NCBI GenBank assembly: GCA_963810935.1
Contig: CAWEPK010000009.1
Location: forward strand, 224,001-288,000
Direction: 5' to 3'
Length of the DNA: 64,000 nucleotides
Source of the DNA: an uncultured delta proteobacterium
Lineage (GTDB): Bacteria; Desulfobacterota; Syntrophorhabdia; Syntrophorhabdales; WCHB1-27
Below the pieces are notes generated by a model. It saw only the letters and a list, made by a program, of their open reading frames with translations, was not told the DNA's origin and searched no databases. Position 1 is the stretch's first letter, and each line of letters opens with the position of its first letter. Shown here piece after piece: positions 31,670 to 42,534 of the stretch. Made by a program: the position numbers and the translations under genes.

Positions 31670-31822
31670 TTCGATGACCTCCATCGTTAATCACTGCTGT
31701 TTTTGACAATCATATGCAAACTCGTAAAACTTTCAGACCATTACCGGCTTTTCCGCCCGGTTCCAATACCATCTACACTATAGTCGCTTCGGCCGCCGTA
31801 AAGGTTACAAAAAAACGCGGCA

Positions 31823-32824
31823 TCAAACGACAGGGCTCCAGGACACCGGTACATCCCTGTAGCCGGTGGGCGTCCTTTCGACATGGGCAACGGACGGGAA
31901 AGGATAGTGGAAGCCCTGGACCAGCATCTTATCGGCTGCGAGCATATCGTAAACCTTGCGGCGCACAGCCTCTGCCTGCACCGGATCGTGATCGACGAAG
32001 GGGTGCCAGCCGGGGTTGCGCACAAAGAGAAACGGGCAATGGGTCAGGTCCGCCTGTACGTAAACGCTGCTTGAGCCCGACGTAACGATATGGCAGGTGT
32101 GGCCGGGGGTGTGCCCTGGGGTCGCACTGGCTACGATGCCCGGGATCACTTCCCGGTCCCATTCATATGTACGCAGCCTTTTAAGCACCTCCCCGCGCAT
32201 GACGCGCCGCACGTTCTTGAAGACGCCTTCGATGCGCGGCGTGGCCGCCCGGCTCATCTCTCCGTCGTCCATCCAGTATTTGTGCTCGCGCGCAGGCACC
32301 AGTATTTCCGCGTTCGGGAACGCGAGCGAGTTGTCGGCCCTGATGAGGCCGCTGATGTGGTCTACGTGGTAATGGGAGATGATGACTGCATCGATCGCGC
32401 CGGGGGCTATGCCCGCCGCGGCAAGGTTCGTCAGGAGCTGGCCGTTGAGGCCCCGGCTCTCCCTGTACGCTGCCTCGCCGGTCCCCGTATCGATCAGGGC
32501 GAGCGTCGTCCCGGTATTGACGACCACCGGATTGAAGGGCGTGACATATACGTCCGTCTCCATGAAGAGGGCCGCGAGAGCCGCCCGGACCTCGGCCTTT
32601 TTGACGTTGAGGGCGAGGCCGTCGGTGACGGGGAACCGGATCACGCCGTCAGTCACGACAGTCAGCTCGAAGCTCCCGACCTTGTAGCGGTAGAACCCCG
32701 GCGCCTGCCTGCCGGCAAACGGGGCGGATGCGCCGGCCGTGCGAGGCGCCGTAAACGGGACGGCTGTAGCGAGCGCCGCTGCTGCTGCGCCGGTGAGCAA
32801 TTGGCGACGCGTTATCTCTGCCAT
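31823..32824 (-). CDS. Tat-exported MBL-fold hydrolase (MPH/OPHC2-like)
   Basis: TRRQLL Tat motif; YRYKVG, LIDTG, SHYHVDHISG, TPGHTPGH and GFHYPFP. Confidence 0.9.
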   Translation of the reverse strand: MAEITRRQLLTGAAAAALATAVPFTAPRTAGASAPFAGRQAPGFYRYKVGSFELTVVTDGVIRFPVTDGLALNVKKAEVRAALAALFMETDVYVTPFNPVVVNTGTTLALIDTGTGEAAYRESRGLNGQLLTNLAAAGIAPGAIDAVIISHYHVDHISGLIRADNSLAFPNAEILVPAREHKYWMDDGEMSRAATPRIEGVFKNVRRVMRGEVLKRLRTYEWDREVIPGIVASATPGHTPGHTCHIVTSGSSSVYVQADLTHCPFLFVRNPGWHPFVDHDPVQAEAVRRKVYDMLAADKMLVQGFHYPFPSVAHVERTPTGYRDVPVSWSPVV

Positions 32825-33006
32825 TGGTCCCCTCCTGAAGCGTCGTTCGGTCAGACAAACATATCAGGGATGGGCTATTTCCGTCAATAGCGAAATAAGC
32901 CCCTGTCCGTGCGGCCCCTTTCGAGTGTACACCGGGCAGAGGCATTGGTGCAAAGACGGTGTATAATACGGGAACGGACGCCAAACAGCCTAAAGGAGGC
33001 AAGTCC

Positions 33007-33477
33007 ATGCGGCAGGCAAAGAGGGAAATAAACGACAGGGAAGCGGTGGAAGGCATCCTGAGGGAGTGCCCCGTGGGGAGGCTCGGCACGGTGCGGCACG
33101 ACGGTTACCCCATGGTGAAGCCGCTTAATTTCGTCTATCTCGACGGCGCTATCTATTTCCACTCGGCGCGCGAGGGAGAGAAGATCGACGACATAAAGCG
33201 GGACGACCGCATCTGCTTCGAGGTCGATCTGCCGGCCATATTTGTGAAGACGACGGGTGACCCATGCTCGGCGATCGTTCTTTTCCGCAGCGTCATCGCC
33301 AGGGGGCAGGCGCGCATCGTTGAAGATAAGGACGAAGTGCTGAAAGCCCTGAAAGCACTGATGGAAAAATACCAGCCTGAAGGCGGCTATGGGCCTTTCT
33401 CCGAAGAGAAGCTCGCGATTACGGCGGTCGTGAGGATCGATATTGTCGAGATGACCGGGAAAGAGCGTTCAAAATAG
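33007..33477 (+). CDS. Pyridoxamine 5'-phosphate oxidase-like (NimA family) flavin-binding protein
   Basis: GRLG, YP..PLNF, IYFHSA.EG.K, VCFEV-like, FRSVIARG and TGK. Confidence 0.85.
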   Translation: MRQAKREINDREAVEGILRECPVGRLGTVRHDGYPMVKPLNFVYLDGAIYFHSAREGEKIDDIKRDDRICFEVDLPAIFVKTTGDPCSAIVLFRSVIARGQARIVEDKDEVLKALKALMEKYQPEGGYGPFSEEKLAITAVVRIDIVEMTGKERSK

Positions 33478-33517
33478 AAACACCGCTCGATGAGGCCGTC
33501 TGTACACCGCCCCGCTG

Positions 33518-34054
33518 TCATATCAGCTTGTTTTCCGCCGCTCCTGTCTTCGACAGCCTAAAAAGCATGCACGTAGAGACTGCGTGGGCGTAAAGCAGGC
33601 TATCTGCGTCGATCAGGTCCGCTTCAGCCAGGACAATGCGGGATCCTTTATGGAGAACCTTGCCGACGCAGCGCAACGGTCCCGTCTCTTTCGACACCGG
33701 CCGGAGATAATTCACCTTTATGTCCAGGGTCGTGTAACCTGTGCCTGCGGGCAGCGTGGAATGGACCGCGTAACCCACCGCTGCGTCGAGGACCGGGCAG
33801 AGTATGCCCCCCTGGACCGCCCCGAAGCGGTTATAATGGTACTCGGCCGGCGTCATCTCCATCACAGCGCGCCCCTCACTGAATTCGACTAACCGGAAAT
33901 TGACCAGGCCCCAAACGGGCGGGAGCGGGAAACGGCCGTCCAGCATGGCTTTCATCAATTCAGGGCCGCTCATGCTCAAGACGGTCTCAACGTCAACGTC
34001 GGGCCGGTCCCATGTCAGCGTCCGCCTGCCCCTTTGAGAACCTTTGTCTGTCAT
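33518..34054 (-). CDS. PaaI-family hotdog thioesterase
   Basis: HYNRFGAVQGG...LDAAVG and YTTLDIKVNYLRP. Confidence 0.88.
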   Translation of the reverse strand: MTDKGSQRGRRTLTWDRPDVDVETVLSMSGPELMKAMLDGRFPLPPVWGLVNFRLVEFSEGRAVMEMTPAEYHYNRFGAVQGGILCPVLDAAVGYAVHSTLPAGTGYTTLDIKVNYLRPVSKETGPLRCVGKVLHKGSRIVLAEADLIDADSLLYAHAVSTCMLFRLSKTGAAENKLI

Positions 34055-34215
34055 AACGCGAAGCCTCCCTTGTCGGTTGGAATAATTATAGGAATACACG
34101 AATTGCTGTCAAGATATTTTTCACCCTTCCTATCAGGCGCGGCGAAACTCCGCCGATGCTTGCCCTTTGATGTTTTTTGTTGCACAGTCCCCTTCAATTG
34201 GTAACAATAGTATTC

Positions 34216-36304
34216 ATGTCCATAACAGATCATGTCGTCAGGACATCGTGCAGGGGCTGCCACGGCGTCTGCCAGGTGCTCGTCCATATGGAGGGCGACA
34301 GAATAGTCAGGGTTGTAGGCGACCCCGACAGCCCGACGAGCCGGGGTTACATCTGCCCGAAGGGGGCGGCCGCACCGGAGATATTCTACCATAAGGACCG
34401 GCTCCTTTATCCGCTGCGGAGAGCGGGAAAGAGGGGCGAGAACAAATGGGAAAGGGTCTCCTGGGATGAAGCGATCGGCGAGATAGTAGACCGCCTCGAC
34501 CGCGTACGCGCCGAATCGGGGAGCGAATATTTCGCACATGGCGAAAGGTACAGGGAGGCCCCATTCGGAGTTCACCGCCCGGTTCGCTCAAGGCTACGGC
34601 ACGCCCAATTTCCTCTCACCCGGCCACAATTGTTTCCTCCCCAGGGTGATCCTCAGCACGTTGACTGCGGGCGGCCTTCCAATCGCGGATATTTACGGCT
34701 TCGGCGGCGAGATGCCGGCGTGCGTCATGAACTGGGGATGCAACCACACAGAGACGGGGGCGTCCGACGGCATGTGCGGGGCAATGTTCAAAAGGGCCTT
34801 CATGCAGGCCAAAAAGAAGATCGTCGTAGACCCGAGGCGCATCGGGCTTGCCGAAAAGGCCGACTACTGGCTCCAACTCAAGCCGGGCAGTGAATGCGCG
34901 CTGGCCCTCGCAATGATAAATGTCATCATCGGCGAGGACCTCTACGACCACGAGTTCGTGGAGAACTACGGTTTCGGCTTCGACCGCCTGGCAGACCACG
35001 TCCGCCCTTTCACTCCCGAATGGGCCGGTCCGATTGCAGCCATCCCAGCTTCCACGATCAGCGAGGCGGCCAGGACTTTTGCGACGACTAAGCCCGCATG
35101 CATCCAGTGGGGCAACGGGATCGACACGAGCACGAACGCCTTCCAGACAGCCAGGGCGCTTATCATCCTTATGGGGATAACCGGCAATATCGACGCGCCC
35201 GGAGGGAACGTCTTCTGGGTGCCGCCCGAAGGCATCAGGTCGGGGCTGGACGATCTTCGTTCCAGGGACCTGATGCCTGCCGGAAAGAAGGCAGCGGTCG
35301 TCGGCAAAAGGTTCCCCTTCACTCCGGGCTGCCATGTGCCGACTTTCTGGAAATCGGTGATTACCGGCGAGCCTTACCGGGTGCGGATGATGTGGATCGT
35401 CGGCACGAACCCCATGCTTACCGCAACGCAGGGCCTGGCGATAGAGCGGGCGCTGAAAGAGTACATGGAGTACACGGTAGCCTCCGACCTCTTCATGACC
35501 CCCGCTGCCCAACTGGCCGACCTGGTGCTGCCGGCCTCGCACTGGCTAGAGCAGGACGACATCGCCTTCATGCATGAGATCTGGTGCGCCATGACCAGGA
35601 AGAAGCTCGCGCAGATAGGAGAGGCAAGAGACGACAGGGAGGTGATCCTGGAGGTAGCCCATCGCCTGGGCCTCGATGACGCCTTCCCCTGGCTCGACTG
35701 GCATGCATACCTCGACTGGGTTTGCGAGGGTACGGGCATGCGCTTTGCGGAGTTCAGGGAGAAAGACCTGGTTATGGGGAAGATGCGTTACAGGAAGTAT
35801 AAAGAGCATGGGTTCGCCACGCCCACAGGCAAGTTCGAGTTCTACTCGACCATTATGGAGCGCGAGGGGCGCCCTCCCCTGCCGGTCTACACCGAGCCGC
35901 CTTTGTCGCCGACGCCCGATTATCCGCTCATCCTCATGACCGGCACGAAAGGGCTCAATTATTTCCATTCGGAGCTGCACCAGATCGACTCCCTTCGCAG
36001 GCGCCACCCCGATCCCCTTGTCGAGATCAACCCCGAAACTGCGGCCCGCCTGAATATATCCGACGGCGGCTGGGTATGGGTGGAATCGCCTTATGGGAAG
36101 GTGAGGCTTAAAGCAAGGCTCATCGGAGGCATAGCGCCGGACGTCGTCAACGCGGAGCACGCCTGGTGGCGCCCGGAGGCGGCCCCGCCCGACTACAACT
36201 GGAAGGAATCGTGCGTGAACCTGCTTTTCGGCGACGACTTTTTCGACCCCGATTCCGGGGCCGAGCCGCTGAAGTGCTACATCTGCCGCATCACCCCCGT
36301 ATAG
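34216..36304 (+). CDS. Mo/W-bis-PGD oxidoreductase, acetylene-hydratase-like subfamily; one extra base near 34536
   Basis: CRGCHGVC..CPKG 4Fe-4S motif and RLLYPLRRAGKRGENKWERVSWDEA, then a frame change into MAKGTGR...SPGHNC, VVDPR, DLFMTPAAQLADLVLP, TPTGKFE and FHSE. Confidence 0.88.
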
Positions 36305-36370
36305 CAGATCAAATGATGTCCTTTACATTGGGCAGATAACGTTGTATGCAATATAGGCGGAGGGGCCACC

Positions 36371-37309
36371 TTGGATTTTCATGCCTGCAACCTTATTAAA
36401 GAGAACATATCCCGCGTCGTCGTCGGCAAGGAAAGGGCCGTGGAGGAGCTGCTCGTCGGCCTGCTCGCTGAAGGCCATGTACTTATCGAAGACGTGCCCG
36501 GCCTGGGCAAGACACTCCTTGCTAAGTCGCTCGCGGCGAGCATCGGCGCATCCTTCAACAGGGTCCAGTTCACGCCCGACCTCCTGCCCGCCGACATAAC
36601 GGGCTTTAGCGTCTACAACCAGCAAACAGGCCGGTTCACCTTCCAGCCCGGCCCGGTAATGACGCACGTGCTGCTGGCCGACGAGATCAACCGCACCATC
36701 CCCCGCACGCAGTCTAGCTTGCTCGAAAGCATGGAGGAACGCCAGGTGACGGTGGACGGCACGACCTACGTCCTGCCCACCCCCTTTTTCGTCATGGCCA
36801 CCCAGAACCCCATTGAGCTGGAAGGCACCTTCCCCCTGCCGGAGGCGCAGCTCGACCGGTTTCTTCTGAAGATCAGGCTCCGGTATCCCGAGATGCGCGA
36901 AGAGGTGGCGATCCTCGAGCGCTTTCAGGAAAAAGACCCTCTCAGAGAGCTTTCTGCAGTCGTCTCCCCCGAGGAGATCCACGGGATGCAGGTCGCAAGG
37001 CGCGCCGTCCGCGTTTCGGAGGCGGTCAGGTCTTACATCACCGGGATCGTGAGTGCGACGCGCAGCCACCCTGCCCTGCGCCTCGGCGCAAGTCCTAGGG
37101 GCTCCCTCGGACTGATGAGGGCTTCCCAGGCACTATCAGCCCTGCACGGACGCGATTACGTCCTGCCCGACGATGTAAAGGCCCTCGCCGTCGGCGTCCT
37201 CGCCCACAGGCTCATCCTCAAGGAAGAGGAAAGGCTGAAAGGTGCGACGCAGGAATCAATCGCCGAGGCCGTATTAGCCGCCACGCCCGTCCCTGACGGA
37301 AGCCCCTGA
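36371..37309 (+). CDS. MoxR-family AAA+ ATPase
   Basis: EDVPGLGKT, RVQFTPDLLPADITG, LADEINR and ATQNPIELEGTFPLPEAQLDRF. Confidence 0.95.
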   Translation: MDFHACNLIKENISRVVVGKERAVEELLVGLLAEGHVLIEDVPGLGKTLLAKSLAASIGASFNRVQFTPDLLPADITGFSVYNQQTGRFTFQPGPVMTHVLLADEINRTIPRTQSSLLESMEERQVTVDGTTYVLPTPFFVMATQNPIELEGTFPLPEAQLDRFLLKIRLRYPEMREEVAILERFQEKDPLRELSAVVSPEEIHGMQVARRAVRVSEAVRSYITGIVSATRSHPALRLGASPRGSLGLMRASQALSALHGRDYVLPDDVKALAVGVLAHRLILKEEERLKGATQESIAEAVLAATPVPDGSP

Positions 37310-37316
37310 AACGGCT

Positions 37317-38468
37317 GTGAACGTCCAGGCGCGCCGTGTCTCAAGCGTTTTCGTCATGTACCCCAGTCTCTTCTTCGTGGGGCTGCTCCTCTTCAGCGCA
37401 CTCATTTACCGCAGGGCCGACCTCGCAGTCCTCGCGCTCCTCGTTTTATGCCTCGTAGCAGGCCTGAAGGCGTGGGGCCGGTTGAGCCCGAGGGGCATCG
37501 CGTTTGACCTCGCCGTTGACAAGATAAGGGTCTTCGCGGGCGACGGACTTACAATCTCGGCGCAGGGGCAAAACGGCAAGCTCCTTCCCGTCTGGCTGGA
37601 AGCCGCCATCCCCGCAAAAACCAGCAGGACGCAGGAGACGTTCCTTCGCGCCTCGGCCAGTCTCCTGTGGCGGCAGGGGGCACACTTCAGTTGGGAGCTG
37701 CCCGGCCTCAAAAGGGGCATAGCCTCGATCGGCCCGGCCATGACGGCAACGGCGGACCTCTTCGGGTTCTTCCCGGCCGAGAAGACGCAAGGCGACGCAA
37801 TCCAGTTGGTCGTTTACCCCAGGCTCGTGCCGCTCAAAGAGTTCCGTCTGCCCAAGCGTGATTTCTTCGGCACCCCCGGCGGAAGGAGCCCTGTTAACGA
37901 CCCGGTCTACATACTGGGCACTACGGACTACCATCCGGGAAGGCCCGCCCGGTTCATCCACTGGAAGGCGACGGCGCGCCACGGCCGCCTGCAGGAAAAG
38001 ATTTTCGAGCCGACCCGCCAGGCAAAGGCGCTCATCCTTCTCGACACGGAAAGGTTCTTTACTGAAAGCGCGGATGAGACCTTCGAGCGGACTATCGAAG
38101 TCGCCGCCTCGGTCGCTGCCAGACTCGACCGTGAGGGATGCGCCGTGGGCCTGCTCACGAACGGACATGTGACCGGCGGCTCGCCTTTCGTGCCCGTCAG
38201 CAGGGGGCCCGGACAGTTGTCGGCCATCCTTGAGGCCTTGGCGCGGCTCGACATGGAGCCCGCCTGCCGGATGGCGGACCTCGTCTATCGCATCGAAGTC
38301 CCCTGGGGCGCGACCTGCCTCTATTTCGCCTCGGACGAAGACGAGGCGGCCCGCGCCGTACTGGCGTGCCTCACCCGGAAGAGACTGGGACGCCTCTTCT
38401 TTACTGCGGAGGCGGCCCTGCAACTGGTGGCACGCGCAGAAAGCACGCAGCAAAGGCGGACTGCATGA
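37317..38468 (+). CDS. DUF58 domain protein
   Basis: N-terminal TMs; DLFGFF, LVVYP and DYHPG....IHWKATAR. Confidence 0.88.
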   Translation: MNVQARRVSSVFVMYPSLFFVGLLLFSALIYRRADLAVLALLVLCLVAGLKAWGRLSPRGIAFDLAVDKIRVFAGDGLTISAQGQNGKLLPVWLEAAIPAKTSRTQETFLRASASLLWRQGAHFSWELPGLKRGIASIGPAMTATADLFGFFPAEKTQGDAIQLVVYPRLVPLKEFRLPKRDFFGTPGGRSPVNDPVYILGTTDYHPGRPARFIHWKATARHGRLQEKIFEPTRQAKALILLDTERFFTESADETFERTIEVAASVAARLDREGCAVGLLTNGHVTGGSPFVPVSRGPGQLSAILEALARLDMEPACRMADLVYRIEVPWGATCLYFASDEDEAARAVLACLTRKRLGRLFFTAEAALQLVARAESTQQRRTA

Positions 38469-39865
38469 TGCGCAGCAAAGGACCACTGCTTGTTCTCCTT
38501 ACGGCGCTCATGGAACTGTGCTGGCTTTACAGTTGGGCTTCCTTCTCGCTCGGCGCCACCGCTCCCCGCACGCTTTCGCTTCCTGTCCTGTGTCTCGTAT
38601 TCGGCGTTGCAGCGCTCGCCACGCGCCTGTCTTCACAGAAAGGCTGGCGCGTCGCCGCTATACTCGCCGTTCATATCCTGGGCATCGTCTGCGCAGCCGC
38701 CTTTACGGTCAGGGACGTATACTATGCTTCGTATCCACTTTTCGCAACGACCTGGCCCAGTGCGTTCTTCCACGGCGCGAGGGCGCCCCTCGATTGGATC
38801 GTCCTGATAATCGTGCTAGCGTGGGCCGCTGCCCTCTGGGCGGCAGGCGCGACGTTCGCGCGACGGAAGAGAGACTACTACGGTGTTTGCGCCCGTTTCG
38901 ATATCGGGCTAGTCGCCTTCTTCGTCCTTTTTCTCCTCACCTTCGCCGCAGAGGTGAAAGGGGGCATGCACATGGAGAACGGCCTCGCCGCCCGGCTCAT
39001 CTTCCCATTCTTCCTTTTCGGGCTCCTCGCGATAGGGACGGCCAGGGCCGAACAGGCGCAAAAGACCTTCGATGAGGGCTTTGCAGGGACGGGCCTCGTC
39101 CTTTGCGCAGCCTCGGCTGCGCTCCTTGCCGCAGGAGGCGCAGCGCTCCTTTTGATGCCCGGCATCGAAGCCGCGGCAAAGGCCGGCCAGGGGGTGCTCG
39201 CCTCTACGACGGGTCCGCTCCTGCCTTTTATGGAAAGGCTGTTGCGCTTCATCTATGCCAACCGGACGACGCTCAGGTCCGAGCCGGCAGGTGCTTCAAA
39301 AGAAACGACGTGGCTAAAGTGGCAGGCGGGCAGCGGCCATTGGCTGGGGGTATTCTTCGCCAAGGCGATGCTATGGGTCATGTGCGCCTTAGGGGTAATA
39401 CTGCTCGTCGCCATTGCCCTCGTCCTTCTCTCCTTTGTCGTCAGGTGGCTCCTGACAAGGACCGAGCGGCGTCCCGGCCGGACCGGGCAATGGACGGCCG
39501 CGCTCCGTGGGCTTTCACGGTTTCTGGAGCGTCTCATCAAGTGGCTCGGCTTCCTTCTCACGCGGCCCGTCCGGGCAGCCGATTTCTACTACAACCTGTG
39601 CAGATGGGCACGGCGCTCGGGCCTGCCGAGGGCACCTGCCGAAACCCCCTCGGAGTTCGGCATGCGCCTTTCCGGCCGCTTTCCCGGCCTCGCATCATCC
39701 ATAGGCGCTATAGTAGGCGCATTCGAGAAGGAGTTCTACGGCGGCATCGCGCTCCCCGCACGCCCGGAAGCATCCGTGCTCGCATGGCAGGCATTGCGCA
39801 GCCCAAGGCACTGGCCGCGAAGGATATGGGCGCGGGGTGCGGGGCCTGGCGCTTTGCGCGCCTGA
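38465..39865 (+). CDS. Multi-pass membrane protein with C-terminal DUF4129
   Basis: Many TM helices; GLPRAPAETPSEF...FEKEFYG; overlaps the DUF58 stop (ATGA). Confidence 0.8.
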   Translation: MMRSKGPLLVLLTALMELCWLYSWASFSLGATAPRTLSLPVLCLVFGVAALATRLSSQKGWRVAAILAVHILGIVCAAAFTVRDVYYASYPLFATTWPSAFFHGARAPLDWIVLIIVLAWAAALWAAGATFARRKRDYYGVCARFDIGLVAFFVLFLLTFAAEVKGGMHMENGLAARLIFPFFLFGLLAIGTARAEQAQKTFDEGFAGTGLVLCAASAALLAAGGAALLLMPGIEAAAKAGQGVLASTTGPLLPFMERLLRFIYANRTTLRSEPAGASKETTWLKWQAGSGHWLGVFFAKAMLWVMCALGVILLVAIALVLLSFVVRWLLTRTERRPGRTGQWTAALRGLSRFLERLIKWLGFLLTRPVRAADFYYNLCRWARRSGLPRAPAETPSEFGMRLSGRFPGLASSIGAIVGAFEKEFYGGIALPARPEASVLAWQALRSPRHWPRRIWARGAGPGALRA

Positions 39866-40000
39866 GCCATATATACGGGGCTTTAGAGAACAACGGAGAG
39901 CTTCACTTCAAGATGGCCACCCGGCTGTTTTATGGTTCTGGTCACAATCAGATGTCGGGAACATTAGAGCGGGTCGCAAAATAAAGTGAGTTTCGCGTAG

Positions 40001-40081
40001 CCGTCACCCCGATGAAAATCGGGGCCCAGACCTTTCCTGCTCGTTCGAAATAGTGGATACCGGCTTTCTCCGGTATGACGG
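40001..40081. repeat. Palindromic REP/RPE-like doublet
   Basis: CCGTCACCCCGATGAAAATCGGGGCCCA...TGGATACCGGCTTTCTCCGGTATGACGG: two inverted hairpins with GTCA/TGAC ends. Confidence 0.7.
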
Positions 40082-40203
40082 AAGAGGGCAAAGCGGTCGG
40101 CGTGAAAGACGTACCTCGCTTGCAATCATCTTATCACAGACCGTTAGAATAGTATGACTTTATAAACACACCAAAAAAATTGAAAAGCACACGTCATATT
40201 ACA

Positions 40204-40915
40204 CTAGAACCGGTAGTACCACCAGATGTCGAAGGCTTCGTTTTTGATCTTGTCTCTGATGTGCTCTTTTTCCTTTGTGATGAAGTCCCTTGACTGGCCC
40301 GCTATCTCCTTGGGGTAATGGCCGAGCAGGTACTCTTCCTCGATCATGAATATGCCCGCGTTTTTGAGCCTGCCCCGTAGGTGCTCCGTGCTGTCGGGCT
40401 TCATCATTAGGAAATGGGGGTAGTAATAAAGGGGTATGAAGGGGAAGCAGCGGTGCTTTGTTCCTTCCCTGGCGCGGTACATGATCTTAAGCCGCTCGAC
40501 GTAGCCTTCCCTGCCGTCGGTCTCAAGCATCGCTTTGATGTCGGAATCCGTGAAGCCTTCAGACTCCATTATGGAGGTGAAGGTTGCAAAATGGACAAGA
40601 CACGCGTATTTGGTGGCGTTGAGGATGCCCCGGAAAATGAGCTTTCTCCGCGCGAGCCTGTCGACGTCGTCGTAGAAGCGCATGATGCCCTTGATGCGCC
40701 GGTTCGTCTCCTCTCCGTCCGCGATGCTCAAGATGCCCGCCTTCCCTTTTTATAATGCCGTGGCCGACAAGGGCCTCTATCGCCTGGCGCGCATATTGCC
40801 TGTCCGGAAGGCTATCGACGACGGCCTCCTCGCTACGCCCTTTCCCTTCGTTCAAAAGAAGGTGCAGAACGCGCGGCACGGCAGGCGCGTCGAGCAGGAC
40901 GTTGAAGCTGCCCAT
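40204..40915 (-). CDS. Hypothetical protein with winged-helix-like segments; one extra base near 40736-40750
   Basis: ORF 40559..40915 (GGAGG RBS; ..QAIEALVGHGIIK) joins ORF 40204..40731 (..ILSIADGEE) if one base is removed from AAAAAGGGAAGGCGGG. Confidence 0.6.
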
Positions 40916-40995
40916 AGGTTGACTTGGCCTCCAATCTAATCTATATTATTCACGTTATTGGGCTTCCGAAAACCCCATAAACAACGGCCGAAGAG

Positions 40996-42534
40996 ATGCT
41001 CAACACCACAACGCGCCAAAATGCAGAACTGTTAGAGCGCTACCAGCCTATCCCGATTTCCTACTTATTAAGATACTCCATCCTCAAAAGGATTGAAAGG
41101 GGAGAGGAGGTCCTGGAGGACATCCAGGGCAGGCAGGAGGTAAAACAGGACGTGATCCGCGCCCTCCTGTCGGGATCGCAGCCGTACCTGGTTTCCGAGG
41201 AGGGCACCGGCAAGACGCGCCTGGCGAGGTCGATCAGCAGGCTGCTTTTGCCCGTGCCGAAGATCGCAGGATGCCCGTACAACGATGACCCCAAGTGGCC
41301 GAAAGAGCGCATGTGCCCGCGCTGCCGGGAGACTGACGACCCTGCCGCGAAATTCGGGATAGAGTGGATAACCGGCCAGGAAAGGTTCTCCAGGATACAG
41401 GGCAACGAGTATACGAACGAGGCAAAGCTCCTCGGCTTAAAGGACATACAGGCCATAGCGCGGGGCATGAGCCCGAAAGACCCGCTGGCTTTCGCCGGCA
41501 CCGGCGTTTTCCGGGCCAACCGGGGCGTGCTTTTCATCGACGAGCTGCCCGCCATACGGACGAAGGTGCAGGTCCTCCTCCACCCGATCATCGAGGAGAA
41601 AAAGGCGATACTTGAAGAATACAACTGGGAATACCCCCTCGACATTATCGTCGTCTCCACCGGGAACCCGGAAGGGTTCTCGCACGTAAACGAGGTGCCC
41701 AGGCCGCTTCTCGACAGGCTTGAAACCATCTATATGGACCTGCCCGACGAGGAGACGGAATTGACGATCATGATGATGGAGCGGTTCGGCGGAAGGGACG
41801 GGTCGGGACCTGCCGAGGCCTTCCCGACCGAGTTCCCCAGGATGGAAGAGGTCAAGCGGCGGGTGCTCGCGCCCTGGTGGATGCTCTCCCTTATCAATAA
41901 ATCGGCGAGGCAGAGCAGGACGTGCCGCTGGCTCGACAAGAAGGCGAGCATCAGGGGCACTACAAGGGCCATCGACCACACGTATTCCTCGACCGAGATG
42001 GAGAGGCGGCGCGTAACGCGGCTCGCCGACGTAACGGCCGGGTTGAAACTCGCCCTGCGCGGACGCGTCCAGCTCCGCCAGGACCTTGTCGATTTCGAGA
42101 ACCCCAGGGAAACCATGCGTAAGGTGGACGAGTTGTCCGAAGACCTCGTTCGAAACGGCCTGCTGGACTTGGGCAACGAAGTTGCCGCCACCTGGGACAG
42201 GGAGGAGATGGAGAAAGAAGCGGCGGCGCTCGTGGACCTGCCGGGACGGGAATGGCCCTCCTTTATGCGCGAATCAGCGGTCCTGAAGGAAAGGCTCCAA
42301 CAGATAGAGAACATGGGGCGGGAAAGATACAGGCTGGACAGGGTGGTCGCCGAAGGCGAGGACCTGCTGCGTGAGGTCGAGCGGTCGAGCGAAGTCCGGA
42401 ACGAGTACCTGACGTCCGCCGCCGAGTTCATCGTCAACATCTGCGCTGTGAAGAAGTGGGTCTACCTGCAGGACGGGCGCGACTTTTATATCCCGAAGGA
42501 GATTACTTGGGCCCAAAAGGGAACCTGGAAATAG
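40996..42534 (+). CDS. Mg-chelatase ChlI-like AAA+ ATPase
   Basis: Walker A variant SEEGTGKT, GCPYND..CPRC, RANRGVLFIDEL, STGNP and PLLDRL. Confidence 0.85.
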   Translation: MLNTTTRQNAELLERYQPIPISYLLRYSILKRIERGEEVLEDIQGRQEVKQDVIRALLSGSQPYLVSEEGTGKTRLARSISRLLLPVPKIAGCPYNDDPKWPKERMCPRCRETDDPAAKFGIEWITGQERFSRIQGNEYTNEAKLLGLKDIQAIARGMSPKDPLAFAGTGVFRANRGVLFIDELPAIRTKVQVLLHPIIEEKKAILEEYNWEYPLDIIVVSTGNPEGFSHVNEVPRPLLDRLETIYMDLPDEETELTIMMMERFGGRDGSGPAEAFPTEFPRMEEVKRRVLAPWWMLSLINKSARQSRTCRWLDKKASIRGTTRAIDHTYSSTEMERRRVTRLADVTAGLKLALRGRVQLRQDLVDFENPRETMRKVDELSEDLVRNGLLDLGNEVAATWDREEMEKEAAALVDLPGREWPSFMRESAVLKERLQQIENMGRERYRLDRVVAEGEDLLREVERSSEVRNEYLTSAAEFIVNICAVKKWVYLQDGRDFYIPKEITWAQKGTWK

